Positions 51,398 through 64,000 of a stretch of DNA of 64,000 bases are shown one piece after another (the first letter of the stretch is position 1; each line of letters opens with the position of its first letter). Origin of the DNA: Calcarisporiella thermophila CBS 279.70 (lineage: Eukaryota; Fungi; Calcarisporiellomycota); the NCBI RefSeq assembly GCF_041956535.1, contig NW_027192191.1, forward strand, positions 1,313,443 through 1,377,442, read 5' to 3'. Made by a program: the position numbers and the translations under genes. The notes beneath the pieces were generated by a model. It had not been told where the DNA came from, did not search any database, and was given only the letters and a program-made list of their open reading frames with translations.

Positions 51398-52351
51398 ATG
51401 CAACCCTGGTCTCGTTATTATTCTTTACTCTATAGCCAAACCACTTCTTTCATTCGCGTCCAAGGCCGTACTCACTTGCAATCTAAGCGATGGCTGACTG
51501 ATTCCACTGCTTCTTCGTCCGATGCTCGAAAGGCTCAACTAACATCTCTAACAGTCATTCAGCTGCGGCAATTACTACGCGAGCGAGGCCAGAAAGTCAC
51601 CGGTAGGAAGAGCGAGCTTATATGCAGAGTTATTGAAAGTGATGCAGATGCTCAAAATGCATTGCATCAGACCGTTTCAAGTGGTGTAAAAGAAAAAAAG
51701 GGAATTATGCCTCATTTGGAAGTAGTCGCAAAGAGTATAGAGATAGAAAATGCTCGTAAGCAGAAAGCAATGAGGAAAGAAGAGAAAGATACGGCTCAAG
51801 TGGATAAAGGTCAAATAGAGGTGGTATCAGGTACAACCTCTGCTCTCAGTGCGTCAGATTACCAGGAGAAGAGTTCACAAATATCTTCTGACGTGAATCA
51901 GGAAGGAGTGGATACACATGGAGTGCATGGTCAAACTTCTGAAGGGACTTATGTTCTGGCATCAAAGGAAGATGAAATTTATAGTGACGAATACGCAACA
52001 GGGCGGGAGCAGGAGCACTTTGAAAAATCCTCAGACCAGAATAGAACGAATACTAATACGAGATCTACTCACATAAACAATATCACATTGCAAATATCAG
52101 AGCGCGATGCGTGCAGAGATCCAACACCATTCACCGCACCACAAAATGATATCTCTTCATCTTCCGATGACATCAATCCTAATTTGGCTCCATCACGTTC
52201 CCATTCTACACCTCGCACTTCTCATACTTTAGTCCAAGAAGATTCAGAAGTGCAAAAACAGGACGAGAATATAAAGCAGAATGTCGATGATAACTCCGGG
52301 TCGATCTCCAATAAACTCGTGAACATGTTTTCATGGTGGTCGAAAAAATAG
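51398..52351 (+). CDS. SAP-domain protein with probable mitochondrial presequence (Aim34-like); intronless
   Basis: LTSLTVIQLRQLLRERGQKVTGRKSELICRV SAP motif after an R/S-rich N-terminus; the rest is low complexity. Confidence 0.65.
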   Translation: MQPWSRYYSLLYSQTTSFIRVQGRTHLQSKRWLTDSTASSSDARKAQLTSLTVIQLRQLLRERGQKVTGRKSELICRVIESDADAQNALHQTVSSGVKEKKGIMPHLEVVAKSIEIENARKQKAMRKEEKDTAQVDKGQIEVVSGTTSALSASDYQEKSSQISSDVNQEGVDTHGVHGQTSEGTYVLASKEDEIYSDEYATGREQEHFEKSSDQNRTNTNTRSTHINNITLQISERDACRDPTPFTAPQNDISSSSDDINPNLAPSRSHSTPRTSHTLVQEDSEVQKQDENIKQNVDDNSGSISNKLVNMFSWWSKK

Positions 52352-52677
52352 TAGATGAAGACTTATTGTTCTACAGAGTTTATATTTCTCTATTTATTTC
52401 TCACTTTATTTCATCAACAATTTTTTTTTTTACCCTTCCTCCTACTCTCATAACCCTCTCCAATAGCTCTTCCCATACCTTCTCTTTAACCATTTATTTA
52501 TTCCCCCTTTGGTAATAGTAGATCTATGTATTTTTTATTTTTATCACCACGACTATTCCCCACTAAATTATTTATGTGTAGAGTGAAACAGATTAAATGA
52601 AATATAAATGAAAATCAATATAGAAATAAGAGCACTTTTGAATAAAGAGAATGTTTATTTACAAGATAAATATACAT

Positions 52678-54087
<1,410 letters not shown>

Positions 54088-54851
54088 GGCCTCTGAAGAA
54101 CGATTTGGGAGTATTCACCAACTACTTCAGAGTAAAACACCGTGACTTTCTTTGTGACTTCATTTTCTAATCGGCCTTTAAAGAGAACTGTTAGTGTCTG
54201 GTTTTCCAAAAATATATATATACGTTCACATGGAATAGATTAATTTCTCTTGTCACCACCAGCTGGTGCTTGGAAATTCAAATTAGCCAGTCCCACCAAC
54301 GAGAAACGGTATAAACCTTAAGCTCTTAGCGAGACCAAAATCTAGGTAAAAATCCGGAAAAATATGTATCTCCAATTCCAATAAGATTCCTAATAGATAT
54401 AGTAGAGATATGAAACATAGTACTGATGTTGTGTTGCATTAATTAGATAGAGCAAAGTCATATACGATTTGATGAGATGGATCCAAGCATGTGGTTAAAC
54501 CAGATTCAATTTATGGGAGCCTTGGTTTGGTTATTGACCGAGAATAATCAAGATAAAAAGCCTTCTTTTTCAGGGTGCAGGGTTCTGCACGTCATTTATT
54601 GGATATATGTAGAGTATAAATAAAATTAGTTAGAATGCAAATTTTCAAGCCATTATACATAAATACTTGAATATATCATTTTGTAATATCATCATGAAGC
54701 TAATTATTTTGTGTTGTGTTTTGTGTGTAACCCAACTAAAAGCAAAGGATGTTGACTGCTAACTTGTGGAGCATACTTATAATACAAGCATGTTCCACAA
54801 GTATTATGGATATATTATATCCACTAGAGAAAAAGATATGGCTTCCAGCCA

Positions 54852-56444
54852 GTGCAGGCTATTTCATGGAGGACTATCTTTATCTTCTTAGTCGTTGTCA
54901 TTTACCAGTGTACACTTCACTACGATTTGACGCAACTAATGTCCCCAAATCTCTCCAGGAACACAAACTACAAATACTTGCATCCATCACAATGGGCCAG
55001 TAGTTTACGTGTTTTATTGGAGCTCAATCATCATTCACTCTATTTGCTACTTTTTGTACTAATAGTGAGTTTAATGTTATTTGGTTCGTTTGGGCTCATT
55101 CTACACGATACCCCCAATTCCTGGTATAATTGGGGGGAGCCAGGTGTGGAAAGAGGAATGCGTCGAATGAAGGATGGTATCAGGTTTTTGAAGGAGTATA
55201 CTCCAGAGAGTCTCAAAAAGGAAAATTATATCCCGATGGATTTTATGAAGCCACTACTAACTTCAAGCTACCCAATCCTAACGCCCGAATCTGAAGTGCA
55301 AATTTGTGTGGGAGTTGTAACTGTTTTCCGCCGAACACAATATATAGAATATACCATAGGATCACTTCTTGACACCCTCCTACCTGATGAGCGTGCAGTG
55401 ATGCATTTGGCCGTGCTGTTGATGGATGAAGACCCATCGAGAAGTCTTGAATATTTAAACCGTTTCAATATTTCAAAGTACATGGACGCGGTGATTACTT
55501 ATCCCTGCAATAATAAGCCCTCATCAGTGCATTTGCCTTCTGACTACGTGAGTACTTGTGCTAGGGTAAAGAACACGACTAGGAACGATAGTAACTTGGC
55601 GCCTTTAGAAGGTTTAAGGGGATTTGAGCGAATCATATCGGGATATAATCAAGATGTAGAAACTAAGTGGAAAATGAAGGAGGTCTTCGATTATGCCCTA
55701 ACTTTGCAATATTGTCTCGAAGGAACAAAAGCGCCCTGGTGCTTGGTTCTTGAAGATGATGTGGTGGCCGCCAAACGGTGGCCTATGCTAATACAAAATG
55801 CTCTTAGAGAAGTGGAGCGCTTTGAGCGCGGGGAGCTGATAGAGAGCGGCTGGAATTGGCCATGGGCCTCCTCATTGACTACCAGGTCAAATAGGGCTGA
55901 ATGGTTGTATTTACGATTGCATTTCACTGAAGTTTTTATGGGCTTTCAAAAAGGAGATGAGCTCTTTATCATCAGTTACACCATCGTGGTTAGCATTATA
56001 ATTCTTTCATTAGTAATATTATTGTTGCGGCAGACATCCGCAAGATTGCGCTACTGGACTCGACCATTTAATTTTTTCATACTCATCACTTGCGGAGGAA
56101 TTATCATAGGGATCTCTATTCTAATCCCACTCACTTGTGGGAAGCAAAATTTGTTTATGCCACAACCTGGACTCACCACTCGCATATTCAATCGGTGTTG
56201 TACACAAGCCATTCTCTATCCGCGTAGAGCTTTGCCAGAGCTCATCCAATACCTGTTGTACGCTGTGGGCGAGGAAAGGAATAGACCGATTGATTTTTTG
56301 TTAGAGGATTTTGCCGACAAAAACAATTTAGTGCGGCTTACGTGGGTTCCTAGTCTTTTCCAGCATATAGGTTTCGTGAGCAGCAATGCCGGGAGAACTT
56401 CAAGAAATCAAATAAGCTCAAGTTTTGAGCGGGCATCCGATTGA
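54852..56444 (+). CDS. PGAP4/TMEM246-like GT-A glycosyltransferase with inserted TM hairpin; start uncertain (first in-frame ATG 54939)
   Basis: N-terminal TM, CVGVVTVFRR..Y..TIGSL, KEVFDY, LVLEDD (DXD), YLRL, two TMs, CCTQAILYP, PSLFQHIG. Confidence 0.72.
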   Translation: MQAISWRTIFIFLVVVIYQCTLHYDLTQLMSPNLSRNTNYKYLHPSQWASSLRVLLELNHHSLYLLLFVLIVSLMLFGSFGLILHDTPNSWYNWGEPGVERGMRRMKDGIRFLKEYTPESLKKENYIPMDFMKPLLTSSYPILTPESEVQICVGVVTVFRRTQYIEYTIGSLLDTLLPDERAVMHLAVLLMDEDPSRSLEYLNRFNISKYMDAVITYPCNNKPSSVHLPSDYVSTCARVKNTTRNDSNLAPLEGLRGFERIISGYNQDVETKWKMKEVFDYALTLQYCLEGTKAPWCLVLEDDVVAAKRWPMLIQNALREVERFERGELIESGWNWPWASSLTTRSNRAEWLYLRLHFTEVFMGFQKGDELFIISYTIVVSIIILSLVILLLRQTSARLRYWTRPFNFFILITCGGIIIGISILIPLTCGKQNLFMPQPGLTTRIFNRCCTQAILYPRRALPELIQYLLYAVGEERNRPIDFLLEDFADKNNLVRLTWVPSLFQHIGFVSSNAGRTSRNQISSSFERASD

Positions 56445-56692
56445 CAGCAGTTTGCTAGGTGTTTATTGCATTTAGAATATCGAATTCAAACTTTATATTA
56501 AAGTTGGTTTTTATATATAATGTTTAGCTCATCTCAATTTTATATAAATTATTTGTTAAAGATTTGTATCTAAAATGTGAGAATTGTTTATTTATTTACT
56601 ATTTTTAGATTTGGACTTGTAATATATCTTAAGACAGTGAGCATAAAATAGTAATCGAGCAGAGGACTTGACTTATCACTAGTCTGATCGGT

Positions 56693-56992
56693 TTAGGAGA
56701 AAATGGATCTGCAGAAGTATTCGACATTTTCACCCTTGGGTATATTGGGATTATTGGGAAAGCACTTGCTTGCACATTCATCGAACGCCTCCTTGGCCTT
56801 AGGAATTTGGTTGCAGTGGCAGGAGACCAACATGCCAGCGAAGTCCAAATTATTTTTAGTTGAAGTGCGGGCGGCTTCAATGCAGGTTTCCTCAAACTTT
56901 AAGAGTTTGGCGCAATCAGTCATGAGATTGCAAGCACACTTAGCAAAGGTAAAACAGACGAGGAGGGAAGTAGCAAGGAGAAAAGAGCGCAT
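56693..56992 (-). CDS. Small secreted cysteine-rich protein (99 aa)
   Basis: Signal MRSFLLATSLLVCFTFAKCA; 8 Cys in mature part including CHC and CASKC; TATA-like element upstream at ~57071. Confidence 0.65.
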   Translation of the reverse strand: MRSFLLATSLLVCFTFAKCACNLMTDCAKLLKFEETCIEAARTSTKNNLDFAGMLVSCHCNQIPKAKEAFDECASKCFPNNPNIPKGENVEYFCRSIFS

Positions 56993-58547
56993 GGTTACTG
57001 TTGTCAAACTTATTGAGGTGAGAGACTAAAAAAAAGGATGAGTTTGCAAGAAAGGAAAATTATGATTGCTTTATAGCAGCGACTGCATCTTCCCATTCTG
57101 ATCTATTTTCAAGCATTTTTCTTGAAGCCTGCTTGTAATAAGCTAAATGGATGGTTGTCATGTCTATATTTCGGTAAAATGTAGCGGACCCTTGAAAAAT
57201 GTGCAGCAAAGCCATAGCTCGTTTTGGGTCATTGTAATTGTGGCCAAGTTATCCGGGGAGCTTAGCCAATGGTAAACTGGCCATTTGCTAGAAGATCGAT
57301 TAGAAAGCTCAAGGCTATCGTAGAATTCAAATCCTCCAAGAAATAAGGCCATACCAAGAGATTTTGCCTAATTAAGTTGGGCAAGAAAAAAAAAAATAGC
57401 TCTTGTTATTGAGTTGGCTTATCCAAATTTGCTTAATGATGGTTTCTATTTTTAGCCTCATAAGTACCTAAGTTTATGGATATACAACTGAGTTGTCAAT
57501 GTTTTCCCAAAATAGGCCTCCCACATAATTAGTAGCATGCGTGCTCTTTAAGTCTAGGTTCAGGTAAAGCCCAAAGTATTAATCTAAATGACAAAGGAGA
57601 ACTTGGTAAATTTTATTTTCAATTTTGATATCAAAAATTGATATATACGATTTGACTTTTTTTCTATTTTTTTCTATTACTTTGCTCGGTCCCAGTTCAT
57701 TTTAATACAACAATCTCATCATTATGAAGCACTGCTGCTGATAATTTCCCTTGTTTATTATATATAAACACTCAGTAGGAAGCAATGTTTATACCGAACT
57801 CGCAATCATCGGTCTGGTTTCTCTAATGCTACTTCACTCTAGGCACGAAATTTCGACTTGCAGGGGGTGGGAACCCTGATAGCTAATCTTTGCCGACATT
57901 CTCTTTATATGCGAATGGAATACGTGCTCGCTAATCCAGTGGGACATATCAGATTTTCTGGAGTGGCAATACAGCCTTGAACCTCTTGAGAAAAGTATTA
58001 AGGAATCAAAATTACCTAAAAAAACCAACCTTAGAAAAAACATTTAGTAATATTGCCACTTCTTTTACACCAGGAATAGGATTGGTTCACCCCCTTCTAC
58101 CCGGCAGTTTAGGATCAATTGATATCATTGCTAATGGAGTCCTTACTGGCGTAATAGGAAAAAGATCGTGGGCAATATAGCCGATGAAATTCAAGGGAAA
58201 ACCCCCAAAACGACCTTCGATAATACAATTTCCATTATATTGTAGAAGTCCATTGTGAAGGGAGTAAATGATTTCCTTCTAAGTAACTCGATAAGAGTTG
58301 AAAGGATGGTATATAATTACAAATTATGATGTAGTTTAGTAATTTTTTAATCGTATTTTTTTGTCTTTAAAGTAGGGAGCTTGTATGAAATATATACAAA
58401 AATTTTGTGGTCTCTTTTTAAAATAATATATAAATGGCTGTAAATGAAAACGAATTACTCGAAACTAACCTAACACTTTTTCACGTTAAATTCAATTAAG
58501 CTACTTTATATAAATCAAAATATGTAGGTATGTCAGAAGAGGCATTA

Positions 58548-58555
58548 CGTGACTG
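58548..58555 (-). promoter_or_regulatory. HomolD-like box (CAGTCACG) upstream of GPN2
   Basis: CGTGACTG ~122 bp before the ATG; the same 8-mer is at 315-322 before the zinc-finger gene. Confidence 0.4.
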
Positions 58556-58676
58556 CTATTTCCGTTGGTTATTACTCGAGAAAAGGGATCGCGACAAGAG
58601 AAAAAAAATATTCACAATTACATTTAATTCTCGGCCGCTGATACTATTTTTGTTTTCCTAAATTGACTAAATAGCA

Positions 58677-59903
58677 ATGCCATTTGGTCAATTAGTTATC
58701 GGTCCGCCCGGTAGTGGCAAAACTACCTACTGCCACGGAATGTACCAATTACTTAATTCTCTCGGTCGTACCTGCTCCATAGTCAATCTTGATCCAGCAA
58801 ATGATTTTTTACCCTACCCTTGCGACGTCAACATTTCAGATCTGATCACAGTGGAAGATACCATGGAATCACTGGGCCTTGGCCCTAATGGCGGTATGAT
58901 GTATTGTATGGAGTTTCTGGAACGGAATTTTGATTGGCTTGAGGAAGAGCTTAATAAGTTGAAGGGTAGCGGTCTCGTACAATCTATGTGGTTTCTACCT
59001 GATTGCTCAGCTCCATCTGTATAAATATAGGAGATTATGTGATATTTGATTGCCCCGGTCAAGTGGAGTTTTTCACGCATCATTCTTCTCTCAAGAATAT
59101 TATCGATCGGTTGCAAAAGCTTAATCATCGGGTAAGAGGGAAAACATTATGTTTGATGCTAATAATATATACTAATATCATTCTATGGACAGTTAGTGGC
59201 CGTCCACCTGGTGGATGCTCACTATTGTACTGATCCAGCAAAATATATATCCGTCTTACTTCTATCTCTCAAAACAATGATACAGTTGGAGCTGCCCCAC
59301 GTTAATGTCCTCTCAAAGATTGACCTGGTAGAATCGTATGGGAAATTGGGTACTTTGTGAATTTTGCTCTCAATTAACTTCTGAAATAAGAAATAAGGAA
59401 AACAATTCTAATATGCATGCACTCTAATTTTGTTCTTAGCATTTAACCTTGACTTTTATACTGAAGTGCTCGATCTTTCCTATCTCTTGCAACATTTGAA
59501 TCAAGATCCTTTTGCTCGCCGCTATGCCGACTTGAACCGTGCGTTATGTGAACTCATTGAGGATTTCGGGCTTGTGTCATTTTATACCTTGTGTGTTGAG
59601 GATAAGGAATCTATTGTGAAGCTACTACGTGCCATTGATAAAGCAGGAGGATATATATTTGGCGGTTTGACACAAGGAAACGAAAGTATCATGGCGGCTG
59701 CAGTCCAAGTGGGCATGAGTGACGACATCTCAAGGGCTCAGGAGAAATACATTGATTTCCCTGAACTGTATCGATCCTGGGAAGAAAAAGGTCGGGAAGG
59801 AGAGAAGCATCAAAAGAAAGAGAGTGAGGAGTTGGACCGCAATAGAGCGAATAAGATCAACCCAAAGGATGTGTATGAAGTTAGGGATGTGCATGAAAAC
59901 TAA
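58677..59903 (+). CDS. GPN2: GPN-loop GTPase 2
   Basis: [61 protein letters not shown]. Confidence 0.93.
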
Positions 59904-60772
59904 TTTATTTTTATTTTTCCTGTGTCAAGTTAATCCATCCATTTGTAAATACCCTGATTGTTTTATCTTTACATTTATATAAACATATCTGAAAATCTCA
60001 ACCGGTCATTTTGGCTTCATTGTCTTATAGTGGAAGAGTGCCTGAGTTATATTATATTAATTTATTTATTCAATTAGAAATCCCTGGTCATACGTTTATC
60101 CATTTGGATATTTTTCAAGTCTACAAATATTTTTTCTCCTTTGGACCGTGTTTTTTTTTTCTGTCTAAATTTTTTATCTGAAGGGAATGAAAGGGGTGGA
60201 CTTGACGTCCAGATCATCCAAGTACTGTCCCTGTTTTATCATTTATATATGGGTTTCACCTTAGGACTTTTGCTTATTTTTGAAGTCCCTCGATATTGAC
60301 TAGCTTGCTACTATACTGTTGATTTACATTGAACCCTTTGAAAACTCGGCAAACATCCTTGGGCAGGTGTCGACTGCGGGAATCGAACAAGACAACAAAC
60401 AATGATTGAGAGTATAAAAATTGCAGGTTTCATATTAGCCCTAATTTCGATGCCTTAATTTCAATGATTCAGGCTGTTGCTCACGATGTAAATATGTATA
60501 AATTTATTGTTTCTTTCTGTTTGCCTCATTAAGATAATCACATTAGGATCAAGTCGCAAGTTGCATGTAAAGGAAATAAAAAATGTACAATTAAAATAAA
60601 CAAAAAAATTTCAAAAACCAAAAATAAAAGCCAAAATCCCGAGGCAAAAAAAGACAAAACGAGCTAAATAAAACGAAAAAGAAAAAAAAAAGCATAAAAC
60701 ACAATTAATAAAGAAATGAGTATAATCTGAAGCAAACCAAAATTAAAATCCGTTAACCGAAGAAAATTATAG

Positions 60773-63700
60773 TCAATCAATTAAGAGCAAGATTCTAAAC
60801 AGTCGGTCCACCAGGACAAAGTGGAGTGGAAGGGAGCAATGGCGGGTTGGATGCTGATTAAGGAAAGAAAGCGCATGGTAGTTTCGGAGCAATTCTTGGA
60901 GTGTTGTGGTGAGAGGTCCAGCGGGACTGGCATGGACGATGTGAACGGCGTAAGGCTGGCAGCCGAATGGACGAGTGTATTCACTTGCGACAGGAATTTC
61001 GGCTAAATATCCACTGGCTAAGGAAAGAAGGGGCATTTCGTCGTCACAATCCTCCACACTCATCGTAGGACACGGCGATTTCTCCGGAGACAAAGCCGCA
61101 GATGACTCCTTCTCCTCTTTCATAAATGCTGGTATCCGGTCTTCTGGTTGCTGAGATTGAATTGCCACACGATGATTTAGCAAGATCGCGTATGCTTCTG
61201 TATTTCCTCCCTGCTCTTTTACAACAGCGGGTCCAACTGGTGCAGCACCACTGCTAGTAGGAGTGGCCACAGGTTCCGGGGTAGGAATGCCAGCGGCTGG
61301 CGCTGGGGTTGGAGTATTGCTCGTTGAGTTGTCGGTGGTTCTTGTTTCGATTCCGCTTGTTCCCATATTGCCTGGTCCAAAACCGGTACTACATCCTGGA
61401 AACACGTGCAGCGGTGTATTCAGGTCTGTGCACACTACGTACACATTGGTGGCCTGACCGAGCACTTCCGTCCATGCGACCAACTCAGCCTGTGTTATCA
61501 ACCCCAATTTCGCAACGAACACCTTCCACCCAACACTTGCTCGTCGCATTATCCGGCAGGTACGGTTCCACACCTCGCCCAATATTGCCTGCAATCCCAA
61601 GTGTTTCCCACCTGAAAGAGATCGCACCTCCATAAGAGAATACTCGACTAGTTCACCATGGTCGTCGACCCATGCGCAAATAAACCAGCGCTGGTTCGCG
61701 CTAAATGTATATGCAAGGTGTAGCATAATGGGAGCATCAATTGGAGAAGGATATGCTTCAAGAGTGCGCTTCAGCGAAAATTGTATCTTGTTGGGTGGTG
61801 ATTTTGCGAGAACAAATGGAGGCGAGTATATCTCGGTTATAGTCCCAATTTCCTCGCTTTGCCACTAACATATATAGATACAATCAATCAACACCTTTGA
61901 TATCGAAGCCAAAAAAATAGTGGGAAATAACTCACATTATTCTTTTCGACTAGCTGAGCGCATTTCTCGTATACAGAAAAGGCAATCTCTTTCAATCCAA
62001 ATTGCAAGTATCCCCCAAAACCTGCCGAACGGATCATGTGCTCTATAGGTAAAATCTGAAGTAGCACGCGGTCGTGCGCTTTCTCTCTTGCACTCACAGT
62101 CCCCATGGTCGCTACGTCATATGAAATGAGCAACTTGGTGAAGCAGTGGCAAAGATCAGCAATAGAGGAGCGGTGGCTAAAGGGGTTAAGAAGATAGACA
62201 ACGAAATGGATATTTTCTGAAGGAAGTGAGGCGATAAGAGAGCCTGGCGTAAATGTAGAATAAGTAAAAGCAAATTCAAGACTTAAAAAAAATTTATTAC
62301 CGAGATTCTGGCATACTGCCATATAACTCTTCATTTGTTGCTCTCTACTTGACTCTTCACCAGATGCAGCTAAATTATTTTGAAAAAATTTAATTAGAAT
62401 GGGAATGGTTTTTTTTTTTTCACATAATAATCAATCCATACGTAGCAATGGCACAGGGACGAATCCCTTATAATCTCCGACACATCCCGGCTGATGCAAT
62501 CCGAGCTGGCAGGTCTTTTAATAAAAAAAAATAAAAGTCCAGATAATTCGATGCATTCTTCAGAGTATCTGAGCTCACCTCATAAATCACGCTCAATTCC
62601 CTGAAGAACATGCGAGTGTGGTCGGTGATCGCCTCTGTATCTGGGTGAAGCACAAACCAATGAACATTCTTCCGCGGACCGTAGGGCTCTAATCTCAATT
62701 TCTCCCAGAATGGTAGTGATGCAGGGGAGGCTTCGAGCCACTCATCATTATGTCCCAACAAGATATCCGGTAGTGGTAGCGCATCTAGGTTGGGCTCCGC
62801 AGGTCTTCGTTTCTTGACTTGATATTTTCCATACTTTGATTGTGTCTGATTCGTTTCTAGAGGGAGATTTTAAGTTAAAATCAATCAGCTCTTCAGGTAA
62901 AGTATTAAATCTCCTGAACAGTTACCAGAGAGATCATAGTATTGCTGAACTGTCAAGGGTCCTTTCACTACGGTTGAACTTGATGAAGGTGGTTGTAAGG
63001 CAAGTGGTATATGTGTTGCAGCCATGGAAGGGTTACTATGTGTGTCGGAGTTCTCCCATGGCACTCGCTCGAAAGCGGAAGTGAGAATCGACTTGAACTC
63101 AGAGATAATATGACGAAATTCGTCACCGATAACGGGGGTCGATATGAGGGCTAAAATTAAGTAACAATAAGCTCTAATCAAATCAAAGCATACAAAGGGG
63201 ACAAATTCGCTTACATTCGTATATCCTTTGCAGCAGCTTTTGTCGCCTTGCCACCAAAAACTGAGTGTGTTCTCCCTCCAGCATCTCTCCGCCGTTCTCG
63301 GTAACTTCCGCTAATCCCCCACAAAATGGGTATCCTCCAACAACGGCCTGTCGACACACCAACTGTACTGTCTTCATGTATTCATCTCTAGGCAATGTAT
63401 CCAGTATAGAATTTCCGGCCTTATTGTCTTCCTTCACATCAATCTCCTTCCAATGCGGAGCAATTATGGGAGCAAAGAGCAAATCTTGCACGAAGGTATC
63501 TCTGCCAGTGGAATTTTTGTTACACAAAACCCTGAGACTCTCCTTGTCGCTGAAAAGAGTCCCAGCTGGTCGATAAGCAAGCGTTTCACTCCTATACAGG
63601 AGTGTCCATCTTGCACTATCTAGAACATCCTCTTCCATGACATTCTCACCCTCGCTCTCTCCGCTCTCACTTTCCAAGTCACTGGCATCTTCATCGCTGC

Positions 63701-64000
63701 TGATATCATTTTCCTTGTTCGAGACGAAATGGTTCAACAGCTTGGAGGCCGCACCATTTTTTCTCTGTGAAATCGCATAAGATATTGGTTTCTGTAATCG
63801 TTTAAGGCGATTGTGTGGACAGTAATCGGGCTTGTAGCTTTTACGAAGTGGGCGCTTATTTCGGATGGAGCGGGGCAATCTCACGACAAATTTGCCACCC
63901 ACTTGGTATTTCGAATCGTTGACGCCCTCTAATACTTGCAAAGGTGCAAATTCAGGAGGGATTAGGCTTGCGCGGCATTCGGCATCAGTCGTATTAATTG
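60773..64000 (-). CDS. MED13: Mediator kinase-module subunit Med13/Ssn2, C-terminal part; 5' end lies beyond the window
   Basis: LPFWEKLRLEPYGPRKNV, VVYLLNPF, LKEIAFSVY, YSPPFVLA, LHLAYTFSANQRW..AWVD..GEL, ELLRNYHALSFL..LPLH. Confidence 0.88.

Noticed and set aside
60368-60390. B-box-like GTTCGATTCCCGC on the minus strand
   Set aside because: T-stem does not pair and there is no A-box or 5' acceptor strand; probably chance within the MED13 3' region.

Overview
Eukaryotic, intron-rich (short ~50-110 nt GT-AG introns), AT-rich, gene-dense fungal scaffold. It is most consistent with an early-diverging, Mucoromycota-like fungus: it has alpha-aminoadipate lysine genes plus a sestrin, which yeasts lack. 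About 29 protein-coding genes can be assembled from the ORF fragments: a C2H2 zinc-finger protein, sestrin, IWS1/SPN1, ACO2-type aconitase, Aec37-like GH31, SAR1, LYS4, a secreted HEXXH metalloprotease, RIB3, NOP12, MMS19, NOC4, mL50, MUS81, TFIIA large subunit, RPS14, a DsbA/FrnE-like oxidoreductase, a kelch-TM protein, two secreted proteins sharing an HEIP motif, a METTL21-like methyltransferase, MRT4, a SAP-domain protein, TGS1, a PGAP4-like glycosyltransferase, a small secreted Cys-rich protein, GPN2 and the 3' part of MED13. A TIR-bounded element with a 3-bp TSD spans the 781-N assembly gap. The most unusual part is the intronless 39-48 kb island: the transposon, a kelch receptor-like gene and a tandem pair of secreted His-first, HEIP-repeat proteins. 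Also notable are ACO2-LYS4 proximity, a recurrent HomolD-like promoter box and tandem Taspase1-type sites in TFIIA. Gene models were inferred by eye, and multi-exon features are given as start-to-stop spans. No rRNA, confident tRNA or CRISPR was seen.
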